Positions 29,459 through 39,950 of a stretch of 64,000 nt of DNA are shown here, piece by piece (the stretch's first letter is position 1; every line of letters begins with the position of its first letter). The notes under the pieces were generated by a model that was given only the letters and a program-made list of their open reading frames with translations, did no database searches and had not been told where the DNA came from. This DNA comes from an uncultured bacterium. GTDB lineage: Bacteria > Krumholzibacteriota > Krumholzibacteriia > JAJRXK01. The translations under genes were made by a program, and so were the position numbers. The stretch covers positions 205,290 to 269,289 of the forward strand of contig CAZRMV010000001.1 in assembly GCA_964601275.1 (NCBI GenBank). The letters are read 5' to 3'.

Positions 29459-29670
29459 CCGGCCCAGGTGGCTGCTGCAAGGAAGGGTCTCCGGGAAACC
29501 CGGGCCAGGGGTTACCGTAGGAGGAAACGGGTCGTGGCGGGCAAACAATGGTCTTTTCTGCCGTGCTGAAGAGGTCATGGATCCCGCGGGCAAGAATACG
29601 CATCTTCATGACCACAGATCCAGACATTCAGTGGAGATTCCGGCGTCTTTCGGACGATTGGATGGGGCGA

Positions 29671-32412
29671 ATGTTTCGAAGGATGCTCTCTGACTTCCAC
29701 GGTGGGGCGTCGCGACCCCTGCTCGGGTTGGCGGCCCTGTTCCTCCCGGCGATGCTGGGTGCCGCCCCGGCGGCCGCGTTGCCGCCCGGCGGAGACCCGC
29801 AGCTCGCGCCCCAGTGGGACAAGGACGCGCAGGGGATCTTCGTCCTGGACGGGTCGGTCGTGCACAACATCGGCGAGTTGCAACTGAATATCACCAACTG
29901 GGGACTCATCGGAAGCCTGCCCGGAACCCGCACCACCTACAGTGAAGCGCCCTCGGCCATGTGGCCGGCCGGGAGCGGAGTGGACTACCTCTACGGCGCC
30001 GGTCTGTGGGTGGGAGCGGTGGTCAACGGAACTCCTCTCGTCAGCACGGGCTACCCCCAGACCGAGCTTTTGCCTTCGAATCGCGCACGCGACACCATCT
30101 ATCGGATGGTGGAGGGCGAGCCGCACGGTCTCCGGTATCCCAACGGGGATGGCGATGATGACGGCGACGGAGAGATCGACGAGGACCCCAAGGACGGCGA
30201 GGACAACGACCGCGACGGTCAGGTCGACGAGGACTATGCCGCCATCGGCGACCAGCACTTCCGCTGCGTGATGCGGGACGATACTCCCTTGTCCGTGGCG
30301 AAGTATCCCGACCACGACCCGATGGGGCTGAAGATCATCCAGGAGACCCATCAGTGGACCCGCAATGAACTGGAAGACGCCGTGATCCTCGACTACACCA
30401 TCCAGAACGCGGGTCCGAGGACTCTCGAGGACGTGTGGGTGGGCCTCTATGTCGACGCCGACATCGGGCCCCGTGAAGGACGTGACGCGACCAGCTTCGA
30501 CGACATGATCGGCTTCCTGCCCCGCTACGAGGAGGACGGGAGCCTGAGAATCGTGCCCACCGAACACAACGGCAATGCGTGGTTCAACATGGCCTACATG
30601 TATGACTGCGATGGTGACGACCACTTGTCCGACGGCTACATCGGGATTCTCTTCATCAGCTTCGACCGGGACACCCGGCTCCAGGGAAAGGGATCTCCGA
30701 CCACGACCTGGATCTCGAACTTCCAATGGTTCGCCGGCATCCGTTCCTTCGATGAGGGAGGAGAACCGACCAACGACACCGAGCGATATACCGCCCTGAG
30801 CCGCGGAACCATCCAGGCGGTGCCGCAATCGGAAGACTGCAAGATGGCGAACGACTACCGCTTCCTGGTGAGTGCTCCGGTGGGCTGGCTTCCCCCCGGG
30901 GGGGAACTGAGGGCGCAGATGGCCATCGTGATGGGTTCGAGCCTGGAGGACCTGCAGCGCAACGCCGCGGAGGTGATGGTCGCCTACTTCGGGCAATGGT
31001 TCGATCGGGACAAGGATCCCTCCACGGGGATCCGCGGCCGCGAGCGCTACGCCTGCGAGACCGACGCGGGGGATCCGCCTCCTCCTCCCGCGGCGAACCC
31101 CCTGTTCCGGCGTTCGGTGGACTGCCCCAACCCGGACTTCTGGTTCCAGCCCAACATCAAGCAATCGATGCTGAACTACGAGGGATGCATCTGGATCAAC
31201 GGCGACTGCGAATTCGAGGAGATGCGGGGTCCGGGCCTGGACTGTTGGAGCACCCGCCTCGATTCGGATCGGTACATCGGGTGCACCGGCGTCTTCGGCC
31301 GGGAGTACGATGTCCTGTGGTACGTCGGTTCGCGGCCTCCCCCTCCGCCGAAGCTCCGGGTCTGGCCGGCTCACGATCGCGTCCACATCTTCTGGGACAA
31401 TTCGAGCGAGCATTCGTTGGACACGGAGTTCCAACGACCGCAATTCGAAGGCTATCGCGTGTGGCGCGCCTCGGGGTGGGAGCGTCCGGCGGGAAGTTCG
31501 GTCCAGACCGGACCGAACTCACAGCTGTGGGCGGCCATTGGGGAGTTCGACATGGTGGATTCCTTCCAGGTCAAGAGAGAGCTTCCTGGAGGCCAGGTCC
31601 ATATCGAATGGCGGCCCCTGGGACGCAACACCGGCCTTTCCTCCATCGCCTACACCCCGATCGTGCTCCGACCCGATTCCTGGGAAGCCGCCTACCACCG
31701 GGATCTGCGCGTTCTCCTCGACCAGATCTTCCTCGAGCAACCCTGGGTGGGACCCCAGACCCCGATCCGCTATTCCGACGCCGGGGGAGTCACCGAACTC
31801 GGTCGCATCTACCCCCAATTGCGGTGGTGGGAAGCCAGTTACGCCCAGATCGACACCCTGCAGGCCCACCACTTCGGGACGAAGTGGTACGAGTTCATCG
31901 ATCGGGGGGTGAAGGACGGTTTCCATTATTTCCACGCGGTGAGCACGACCTCGCGAATGTTGGCCAGAAGGGGCGGCAAGGTCGTGGTGGTGGGAATGGG
32001 GCAGGAGGGGGTTCCGCAGAACAACTTCGAGCCGACGATGCCGGTGTCGACCGCGCAGACGCTCGAGGAGCGGCGGGACAAGAGGCCCCAGATCTACGTG
32101 GTCCCCAACCCGGCGACCCGCGCCCGGCTGGAGGAGTTCTCCAGCCTGCATCCGAACGCCGAGGATCCCACCGGTCTCCACGTCGAGTTCAAGAATCTTC
32201 CCCGGGCACGGATCGTGGTGAACATCTACACGCTCGCGGGCGACCTGGTGATCTCCATCCCGCACGACGGCACCGGCGGCGATGGCTCGGTGATCTGGAA
32301 CCTCGTCAGCCGCAACGGTCAGCAGGTGGTCAGCGGCATCTATCTCTACTCGGTGGAGTCCTCCGATCCCGCCTTCCGTACCTTCGTGGGGAGATTCGTG
32401 CTGGTGCGGTAG
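29671..32412 (+). CDS. Large secreted hypothetical protein with acidic thrombospondin-type-3-like Ca-binding repeats and a C-terminal T9SS/FlgD-Ig-like sorting domain
   Basis: Signal peptide from ATG 29671 (MFRRMLSDFHGGASRPLLGLAALFLPAMLGAAPAAA). NGDGDDDGDGEIDEDPKDGEDNDRDGQVDED. C-terminus ...SVIWNLVSRNGQQVVSGIYLYSVESSDPAFRTFVGRFVLVR. Confidence 0.7.
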   Translation: MFRRMLSDFHGGASRPLLGLAALFLPAMLGAAPAAALPPGGDPQLAPQWDKDAQGIFVLDGSVVHNIGELQLNITNWGLIGSLPGTRTTYSEAPSAMWPAGSGVDYLYGAGLWVGAVVNGTPLVSTGYPQTELLPSNRARDTIYRMVEGEPHGLRYPNGDGDDDGDGEIDEDPKDGEDNDRDGQVDEDYAAIGDQHFRCVMRDDTPLSVAKYPDHDPMGLKIIQETHQWTRNELEDAVILDYTIQNAGPRTLEDVWVGLYVDADIGPREGRDATSFDDMIGFLPRYEEDGSLRIVPTEHNGNAWFNMAYMYDCDGDDHLSDGYIGILFISFDRDTRLQGKGSPTTTWISNFQWFAGIRSFDEGGEPTNDTERYTALSRGTIQAVPQSEDCKMANDYRFLVSAPVGWLPPGGELRAQMAIVMGSSLEDLQRNAAEVMVAYFGQWFDRDKDPSTGIRGRERYACETDAGDPPPPPAANPLFRRSVDCPNPDFWFQPNIKQSMLNYEGCIWINGDCEFEEMRGPGLDCWSTRLDSDRYIGCTGVFGREYDVLWYVGSRPPPPPKLRVWPAHDRVHIFWDNSSEHSLDTEFQRPQFEGYRVWRASGWERPAGSSVQTGPNSQLWAAIGEFDMVDSFQVKRELPGGQVHIEWRPLGRNTGLSSIAYTPIVLRPDSWEAAYHRDLRVLLDQIFLEQPWVGPQTPIRYSDAGGVTELGRIYPQLRWWEASYAQIDTLQAHHFGTKWYEFIDRGVKDGFHYFHAVSTTSRMLARRGGKVVVVGMGQEGVPQNNFEPTMPVSTAQTLEERRDKRPQIYVVPNPATRARLEEFSSLHPNAEDPTGLHVEFKNLPRARIVVNIYTLAGDLVISIPHDGTGGDGSVIWNLVSRNGQQVVSGIYLYSVESSDPAFRTFVGRFVLVR

Positions 32413-32442
32413 CCCCGCCGGAGGACACGCCAAGGAACCTGC

Positions 32443-33822
32443 TCATCTTTCGGCGGGAAGTGGAACCTTGTGAGGAGGGATCAACGGCTCGAGCCTTTGC
32501 AAGCACCAGGCGGCGGTCCCCGGGCGCTCGAAGAAGGCCGGCTCCTCGAAGGCGGCATGGATCATCGCCCGCCGGAACCCGACCGGGGGCAAGGCATTCC
32601 AGGAGGCGATTTCCTCGGCGGAGCCCTCCCGATCGAGCACCGCGCGGTAGAGCATGGGAACGTAATCGGTCCAGCCACCGGAGTCTTCGGCGGACCGCTT
32701 CCGGCCCTCGAACCACGTGGCCGCCAGGTCCTGCCCTCGACGCGTGCACGCGGCCTCGTCGGGAGCCAGGCCGTCCCGTGCTCTGCGGGCGAATTCGAAC
32801 TGCGCCGCCACCCGGGCGTACCACTTCAACTGCCATGTGCGGGCGAAGCGGTCCAGCTCGGCTGGCGGTGCCCGACCTTCGAGGATCGCCGCGAAGAGCG
32901 CCCGCGCGTAGTCGGGGACGCTTCCTCCCGCCTCCCGGTAGAAATCGTCGGTGACGCATCCAGCCTCCAGCCGCGCCTGCTCGGCGTAGACCTCGTCGAG
33001 GTACTCGTGGAGCACGTAGCCGGGGCCGGCCCGCAGGTGCGCGGTGAGGTCTTCGGGCAGGAGCTGGGTGGCGACGGTGGCGAGGATTCCCATGCTCAAG
33101 GCCACCGCGGGCAGACTGGGATGGCGCTGGTACACGAGAGCCCACACCAGCATTGCCACGAAGGTCGTGATCATCAACGGGAGATTCGGCCAGTGGACCA
33201 GGGCGAAGAGCCCGGCGGGAACCAGCACCAGGGCGGCAGACGATGCGCCCAGGCGTCGCAGACGGCTCTGCGAGAAGACCAGCACCAGGGCCAGCTGGAC
33301 GAAAGCATAGAGGGGATATCGCAGCAGCGACTTCGCGAAGCGGGCACCGGAGACGGGAACGGGATCAAGGCGGAAGAGAATCAGCACCGGGACCATCAGG
33401 AGCAGGGTGGGAATCGACAACGACCTCGCCGCCTCGCAGAACGCGTGCATCGAACCCCACAGAGCCCGCCAGCCGGGGTCGCGCCGCAAGAGGAAGGCCA
33501 CCGTCGCGATCACGCCCCCGGCGACCGCCAGGTGGTTCGGCTGCCTCGGGCCCGAGGGGAACCAGGTCCAGACCAGGAGGAAGAGCAGCGGGAAGATCGA
33601 CAACTCCCAAGCCGCCTGTCGGGCGGTGGGGTCGGAGGGAAATCGACGGCCCCGGCGCCGGAGGAGGAACCCCGCGGTGACCAGCGAGATCACCAGGAGA
33701 GCGATCCACAGTGGGGGGGAGAGCGGCAGGGGCGCGGCGTGGTGCAGTCCGACCCGACGGTAGCGCAGACCTGCCGCCCCCAGGATGGCGATCCAGCTTG
33801 CAAGCAGCGGCAGCCAGGCCAT
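32443..33822 (-). CDS. Polytopic membrane protein with a soluble C-terminal domain, hypothetical
   Basis: ATG 33822 (MAWLPLLASWIAILGAAG). At least 8 hydrophobic helices, then a ~170-aa hydrophilic tail. Confidence 0.6.
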   Translation of the reverse strand: MAWLPLLASWIAILGAAGLRYRRVGLHHAAPLPLSPPLWIALLVISLVTAGFLLRRRGRRFPSDPTARQAAWELSIFPLLFLLVWTWFPSGPRQPNHLAVAGGVIATVAFLLRRDPGWRALWGSMHAFCEAARSLSIPTLLLMVPVLILFRLDPVPVSGARFAKSLLRYPLYAFVQLALVLVFSQSRLRRLGASSAALVLVPAGLFALVHWPNLPLMITTFVAMLVWALVYQRHPSLPAVALSMGILATVATQLLPEDLTAHLRAGPGYVLHEYLDEVYAEQARLEAGCVTDDFYREAGGSVPDYARALFAAILEGRAPPAELDRFARTWQLKWYARVAAQFEFARRARDGLAPDEAACTRRGQDLAATWFEGRKRSAEDSGGWTDYVPMLYRAVLDREGSAEEIASWNALPPVGFRRAMIHAAFEEPAFFERPGTAAWCLQRLEPLIPPHKVPLPAER

Positions 33823-34373
33823 GGTTCTCGGTCCGTCGTCGCGCGTGGGAGCCCGAAGGGGAAGAAGGGGCTCGGAAGGGCCCCGGTTGGACGAAGAAGG
33901 CCCCGGCATCGGTGACCGGGGCCTTCCGGGTTCGATGTGGTGGCGATGGGGTCCCCTTTCCCGGGGGTTCCCCGTGGGCACATCGTGCGGTGGAAGGTCC
34001 CCTAAGGGGTCGCCACCTCCATCAAGCCACAAAAGTCGTTACAGCCCACTGGATCACCTCCTTCGCGACGGTTCTCGATCGGCGGGCCCCTTCCCGCCCG
34101 GTCCCGGGGCCGCCGTCTGCCCGCTGGGGACCGCCGCGCTGAAGGCGCGGGCTCCGGACCGGATCTTCCTCCACCGGCCCGCTTCCTGTCAAGGGAGCCC
34201 TCGGCGAGGGTGCGGGCCAGATCGATCATTGCGCGAGGCCTGGAATCGGGTACTTTTTGTCCTGTTCCGGGCGTGAGCGGACCCCGTGTCCCTTCGAGTG
34301 GGCCCCAAGTCCCTTCCCCCGCCACTGGCCTTCCCCCAGGAGCCCGCCCTGCGGGCGTCGCATCGGAGATCCC

Positions 34374-35831
<1,458 letters not shown>

Positions 35832-35890
35832 GGAGTGGGTCCTCCTCTCTCCCCAGCTGCGCTTGGTTCTCGTTCGATCGGGTGTCGGAA

Positions 35891-37048
35891 TCACCGCAGT
35901 GGTTTGACTTGGTCCACGAGATCTTGAAGGGCCACGGCGCGGATTCGCGGCGCCATCGGGTAGGATTGCGAACCGGCGTGGATCACCGTGACCGATGAGA
36001 GCTTCAGATCTTCGATGGCTGTCCTCATCGAGCGAGTGACCCTTGGCTCCGACGATCTCTTGAACTCGAAGCCCAGTCGCTCTCGCCCTCGAAAGACGAT
36101 GAGATCGATCTCCGCGCCTCCGTGCGTTCCCCAGAAGAAGCATTCGTCCGGGCGTGCGCCGAGCCGTTGAACGATCTGATCGAGGGCAAAACCCTCCCAG
36201 GATGCTCCGACCTTGGGGTGTCCCTCCAGATCGTGGCGGGTTCGCAGGCCGAGGAGAGTGTGGAGAAGTCCGGAATCGGCTACGTAGACTTTTGGGGACT
36301 TGATCTGACGCTTCTTGAGGTTCGCGTGCCACGGCTGCAATTGCCGCACCACGAGTGCGTGGGTGAGGAGATCGAGATATCGACGGACGGTATGGTCGGA
36401 GACTCCGAAAGAACGGGAGAATTCCGACGCGTTCCAGATTTGTGCGTGGTAATGCGCCAGCATCGTCCAGAAGCGCCGTAAAGCCCGGGCCTCGATATGG
36501 ATGCCGAGTTGGGGAAGATCCTGCTCCAAGAAGGTTCGCACGAAACTGAGACGCCATTTCTCGCTCTGGTCGAGCGTCCGAGCGAGATAGGCCCGGGGAA
36601 ATCCACCTCTCAGCCACAGGGCTTCCCAGCTCGTGGAGCCGACTTCATCCAGCGCGAGGCCGGGAAGTTGGTGATAGTGGATGCGTCCAGCCAGAGATTC
36701 CGAACCCTGCCTCAGGAGCTGGGGAGATGCACTCCCCAGGATGAGGAAACGGGCCGGTAGAGGCCGCCGGTCGACCAGAACCCGAAGAATCGGGAACAAT
36801 TCAGGGAGCCTTTGGATCTCATCGATGACCACCAGTCCCCGTAGATCCTTCAGAGCGAGCATGGGATCGTGCAGCCTGGCCAGATCCTCTGGATTCTCGA
36901 GGTCGAAGAAGGTGGTTCTGCGACGGCCAGCGGCGAATTGCCGGGCCAGCGTCGTCTTGCCCACCTGCCTTGCTCCCACGATTCCCGTCACGGGGAATTG
37001 GGAGATCAGACGCTTGAGCTGTTGCAGATGCCGACTTCTCTGGATCAT
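35891..37048 (-). CDS. AAA+ ATPase with C-terminal DUF4143 domain
   Basis: Walker A GARQVGKTT, Walker B LVVIDEIQ, and a C-terminal DUF4143-like region. Start ATG 37048 with GAAGG SD. Confidence 0.8.
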   Translation of the reverse strand: MIQRSRHLQQLKRLISQFPVTGIVGARQVGKTTLARQFAAGRRRTTFFDLENPEDLARLHDPMLALKDLRGLVVIDEIQRLPELFPILRVLVDRRPLPARFLILGSASPQLLRQGSESLAGRIHYHQLPGLALDEVGSTSWEALWLRGGFPRAYLARTLDQSEKWRLSFVRTFLEQDLPQLGIHIEARALRRFWTMLAHYHAQIWNASEFSRSFGVSDHTVRRYLDLLTHALVVRQLQPWHANLKKRQIKSPKVYVADSGLLHTLLGLRTRHDLEGHPKVGASWEGFALDQIVQRLGARPDECFFWGTHGGAEIDLIVFRGRERLGFEFKRSSEPRVTRSMRTAIEDLKLSSVTVIHAGSQSYPMAPRIRAVALQDLVDQVKPLR

Positions 37049-37070
37049 GATCGCCTTCAATATACCGTGA

Positions 37071-37099
37071 AATATCGAAGTACACCATCGGTATTTCAA
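37071..37099 (-). promoter_or_regulatory. Sigma70-like promoter (TTGAAA-17 nt-GATATT) in an AT-rich island with an ATACCG...CGGTAT inverted repeat, upstream of the AAA+ ATPase gene
   Basis: Hexamers and spacing read from the minus strand; a local AT-rich patch in an otherwise ~70% GC context. Confidence 0.35.
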
Positions 37100-37228
37100 G
37101 GTTCCCAAGAGCACGATCCATGCCCGCTGAACCGGCTTGGTGGGAGGCGGGACGTGGATTGGTCCTTCCGGGTCCGACACGAATCAGGGTGGTCAGGGTG
37201 TCCCGCCCGCCGGCGCTTCCTTTCTCCA

Positions 37229-37981
37229 TCAGGACTGCCGGAGCGAGAAGCGTCTCATCTCGTTGCGGTCGACACTTTCCAGGCGCAGGTAGTACAGCCC
37301 GTTGGGCAGCTCCTCGCCTTCTTTGTCGCGCGCGTTCCATCGCACTTCGTGCCGGCCGGCATGCAAGACCTTGCCCGGCCGCAGGGGCAGGTCGTCGTCC
37401 TTGGGCTCGAGCAGCTTCAAGACGAATTCATGCACGCCGGGATCCATCGTGGCGTGCAGGAGTTCGCCGCGGAACTTCTTCTGATCGTCGTAGATGCTCA
37501 CGATCACCGATTGGGTACGGGGCAGGACGAAGCGGAACACGATCCGCTTCTTCTGGATCTCGGGGAAGCGGTAGAGAGGAGCGGTTCCGTCGACCGCGCT
37601 GGCAACTCCGCCCTTGAAGAAGACCCAGGTCGTGTCGGCACGGCTGGTCCAGCTCCACTCCTCGTCGAAGTATCCGCCGATCTTCTCCCGGTGGTCGGGT
37701 TCGCCTTTCAGCAGCAGTACCTGTTCGGTGGTCAAGCCCGGCTGCAGGCGGCCCCGGTAGATGGCGTCGAACTGCGCCTGGGGCAGCGAGCCGTGCGTCT
37801 TCAGGTACGACATGCGGGCCTGGCGATGGGGGCCCTCGGGCATGTTCTCCAGCGGGGGCAGCGAGGAGGCGCAGGCGCCGAGGAACAAGGCCAGGACGAG
37901 GGCGGCCGCCCCTCCCGCGGGAGAGGCCCCGCACTGCGAACGAGCCATGCTCTTCCAGAAGTGGAGACCCGTGGTCATCAT
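37229..37981 (-). CDS. Lipoprotein with a degenerate FlgD-Ig/T9SS-CTD-like C-terminus
   Basis: MMTTGLHFWKSMARSQCGASPAGGAAALVLALFLGAC lipobox (alternative start ATG 37948). C-terminus HEVRWNARDKEGEELPNGLYYLRLESVD. The long track ORF upstream of this start is junk. Confidence 0.6.
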   Translation of the reverse strand: MMTTGLHFWKSMARSQCGASPAGGAAALVLALFLGACASSLPPLENMPEGPHRQARMSYLKTHGSLPQAQFDAIYRGRLQPGLTTEQVLLLKGEPDHREKIGGYFDEEWSWTSRADTTWVFFKGGVASAVDGTAPLYRFPEIQKKRIVFRFVLPRTQSVIVSIYDDQKKFRGELLHATMDPGVHEFVLKLLEPKDDDLPLRPGKVLHAGRHEVRWNARDKEGEELPNGLYYLRLESVDRNEMRRFSLRQS

Positions 37982-38121
37982 GGTCGATCTCCTGGACCGA
38001 GGACAAACGGAAACGGCTGGTGTCACCATCACCCCAAGCGACCCGCGCGTCAAGCGGCCCGGCCGTCCACCAGACGTGGCCTCGGGGGTGCGCGTTCCCA
38101 CCGCCGCTTTCCGGTGTGTCC

Positions 38122-38985
38122 TCAACCGGGGGCGTCTTCCGGCGCGCGCGCTTCCTGGAACACCTTCCGGTCTTCCCACCGCACCGCGGTCAGCTCGCCC
38201 CCCCATACGCAGCCGCTGTCCAGGCACCAGGCGTCTTCGCGCAGCATCAATCCCAGCATGGCCCAGTGCCCGAAGATCACCTTCGTCCCCCGCCATCTCC
38301 GGCCGGGAGCGTCGAACCAGGGCACCGCGCCCGCGGGAATCTCGTCCTCCCCCTTGACGAAACCCTCCACCATCTCTCCGCGCCGATCGACCAGCCGCAG
38401 CAAGGTCGCGGCATGGAGGAAGAGCGTTTCCTCGGCCGGGACACCGTCCGTTCCCTGCCGTCCCTCCGCCCGGCTCGAGCGCCCGGGGCGGGCTCCCTCC
38501 GGCGCCGCGGGGTGGCCCCGGCGCCACGAGGCCTCCAGGAGCGGCCCGGCCGCCGCGCCCTGCAGGCGTTCGCTGCACCGGCCGGCCAGGATCCGCGCCT
38601 CCTCCAGGGTCCACCGGGGCAAGAGACCCGCGTGGACCAGGGCGGATCCGTCCTTTACCAGCAACAAGGGCTGCCGGCGGAGCCACGCGACCCGTTCGGC
38701 CGCTTCGGGAGCGTCGAGCAGCCGACCGAGGGCGTCCGGCCGGCCGAAGCCCTCCACCCCGAGAGCCATCGCCAGCAGGTGCATCTCGTGGTTGCCCAGC
38801 ACGAAGTGGACGCAATCCTGGTGGTCGAAGGCCCAATTGAGGACGTGCCGGGAATGGGGGCCCCGGTGGATGAGGTCGCCGGTCAGCCACAGGCGGTCCC
38901 GTCCGGGACGGAACCGGATGCGCCCGAGAAGCCCCTGGAGGGTGTACCAGCAGCCGTGGATGTCGCCGATCGCGTAGGTGGCCAT
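38122..38985 (-). CDS. apaH: Bis(5'-nucleosyl)-tetraphosphatase, symmetrical (diadenosine tetraphosphatase)
   Basis: MATYAIGDIHGC...GDLIHRGP...GNHE metallophosphatase motifs. Confidence 0.85.
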   Translation of the reverse strand: MATYAIGDIHGCWYTLQGLLGRIRFRPGRDRLWLTGDLIHRGPHSRHVLNWAFDHQDCVHFVLGNHEMHLLAMALGVEGFGRPDALGRLLDAPEAAERVAWLRRQPLLLVKDGSALVHAGLLPRWTLEEARILAGRCSERLQGAAAGPLLEASWRRGHPAAPEGARPGRSSRAEGRQGTDGVPAEETLFLHAATLLRLVDRRGEMVEGFVKGEDEIPAGAVPWFDAPGRRWRGTKVIFGHWAMLGLMLREDAWCLDSGCVWGGELTAVRWEDRKVFQEARAPEDAPG

Positions 38986-39187
38986 GAGGCCGCAGCTTGG
39001 GGGGAGAGAAGCGCCCATGCAAGGGCGGAGGAAGATCCTCTTGGGTTTTCCCGGAGTTCCACTAGGATTCACGGGGAGTCGAAGGCTTCATCGTCGGCCG
39101 GCGGGGAGAGCCAACCCGCCGGGGCTTCGGTCACCATCGCGGGATTCCCGCCCGAGAGGAACCCCCGTGATCTCCAGGAGGCAGTCC

Positions 39188-39874
39188 ATGCGTCGCGTCG
39201 TCGTTTTCATCGCGCTGACCACCCTGATCGCCGGCCTCGTCGCGTTGGCCGGTTGCGATCAGAACACCAAGGATCCCAACGCCGGCAAGACCACCCAGAC
39301 GGCAAAGAAACTGGCTCCGGTGACCGGCACCGAACAGTTGCCTGAAGGGCACCCCCCGATCGAGGGTATGACTCCTTCCGCCGAGGGAACCACATCGCCC
39401 ACGGTCATCGGCGGGGTTGCCTACACCGTTCCCGCCGAGTGGATCGACGCCGGACCCGCGGGAATGCGGGCGGCCCAGTTCCAGTTGCCGCCGCAGGGCA
39501 GCGATCCCGCCGCCGCCGAGGTGACGGTGTTCTACTTCGGTCCGAGCAATGGCGGCGGCGTCGAGGCCAACATCGATCGGTGGATCGGCCAGATGAGCCA
39601 GCCGGACGGCAGCAGCTCGGCCGAGCACGCCCATCGGGAGGACCTCGAGGTGGACGGAATGCCGGTGCACATCGTCAGCGTCGACGGCACCTTCAATGCC
39701 GGGAGCATGGGCGGCTCCACCGGCGGACCGAAGAAGGGCTACCGGATGGTGGGGGCCATCGTGGAAGGTCCCCAGGGCAGCATCTTCTTCAAGCTCGTCG
39801 GTCCCAAGGAGACCGCGACCGCCATGGAAGCGGGGTTGCGCGACCTGGTGAAGAGCTTCAAGAAGGCGGGCTGA
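39188..39874 (+). CDS. Hypothetical lipoprotein
   Basis: AGGAGG 7 nt upstream of ATG 39188. MRRVVVFIALTTLIAGLVALAGC lipobox. Confidence 0.7.
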   Translation: MRRVVVFIALTTLIAGLVALAGCDQNTKDPNAGKTTQTAKKLAPVTGTEQLPEGHPPIEGMTPSAEGTTSPTVIGGVAYTVPAEWIDAGPAGMRAAQFQLPPQGSDPAAAEVTVFYFGPSNGGGVEANIDRWIGQMSQPDGSSSAEHAHREDLEVDGMPVHIVSVDGTFNAGSMGGSTGGPKKGYRMVGAIVEGPQGSIFFKLVGPKETATAMEAGLRDLVKSFKKAG

Positions 39875-39950
39875 TCGCCGACCCGCGGGGAATCTCCTTG
39901 CCATCACCGAGACGCTTCCCGCGCCGGTCAGTGGATCCAAGGAAGCCGTA

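Noticed and set aside
34033-34373. Possible SAH riboswitch in the ahcY leader (segment GGCCAGATCGATCATTGCGCGAGG loosely resembles the GGCCAGGCUCGA...ACGGCGCUCAC core)
   Set aside because: The P1/pseudoknot pairings (GAGGAGCG with CGCUCAC) cannot be reconstructed from the sequence, several invariant positions differ, and the class is mainly proteobacterial/actinobacterial. Kept only as a search suggestion.
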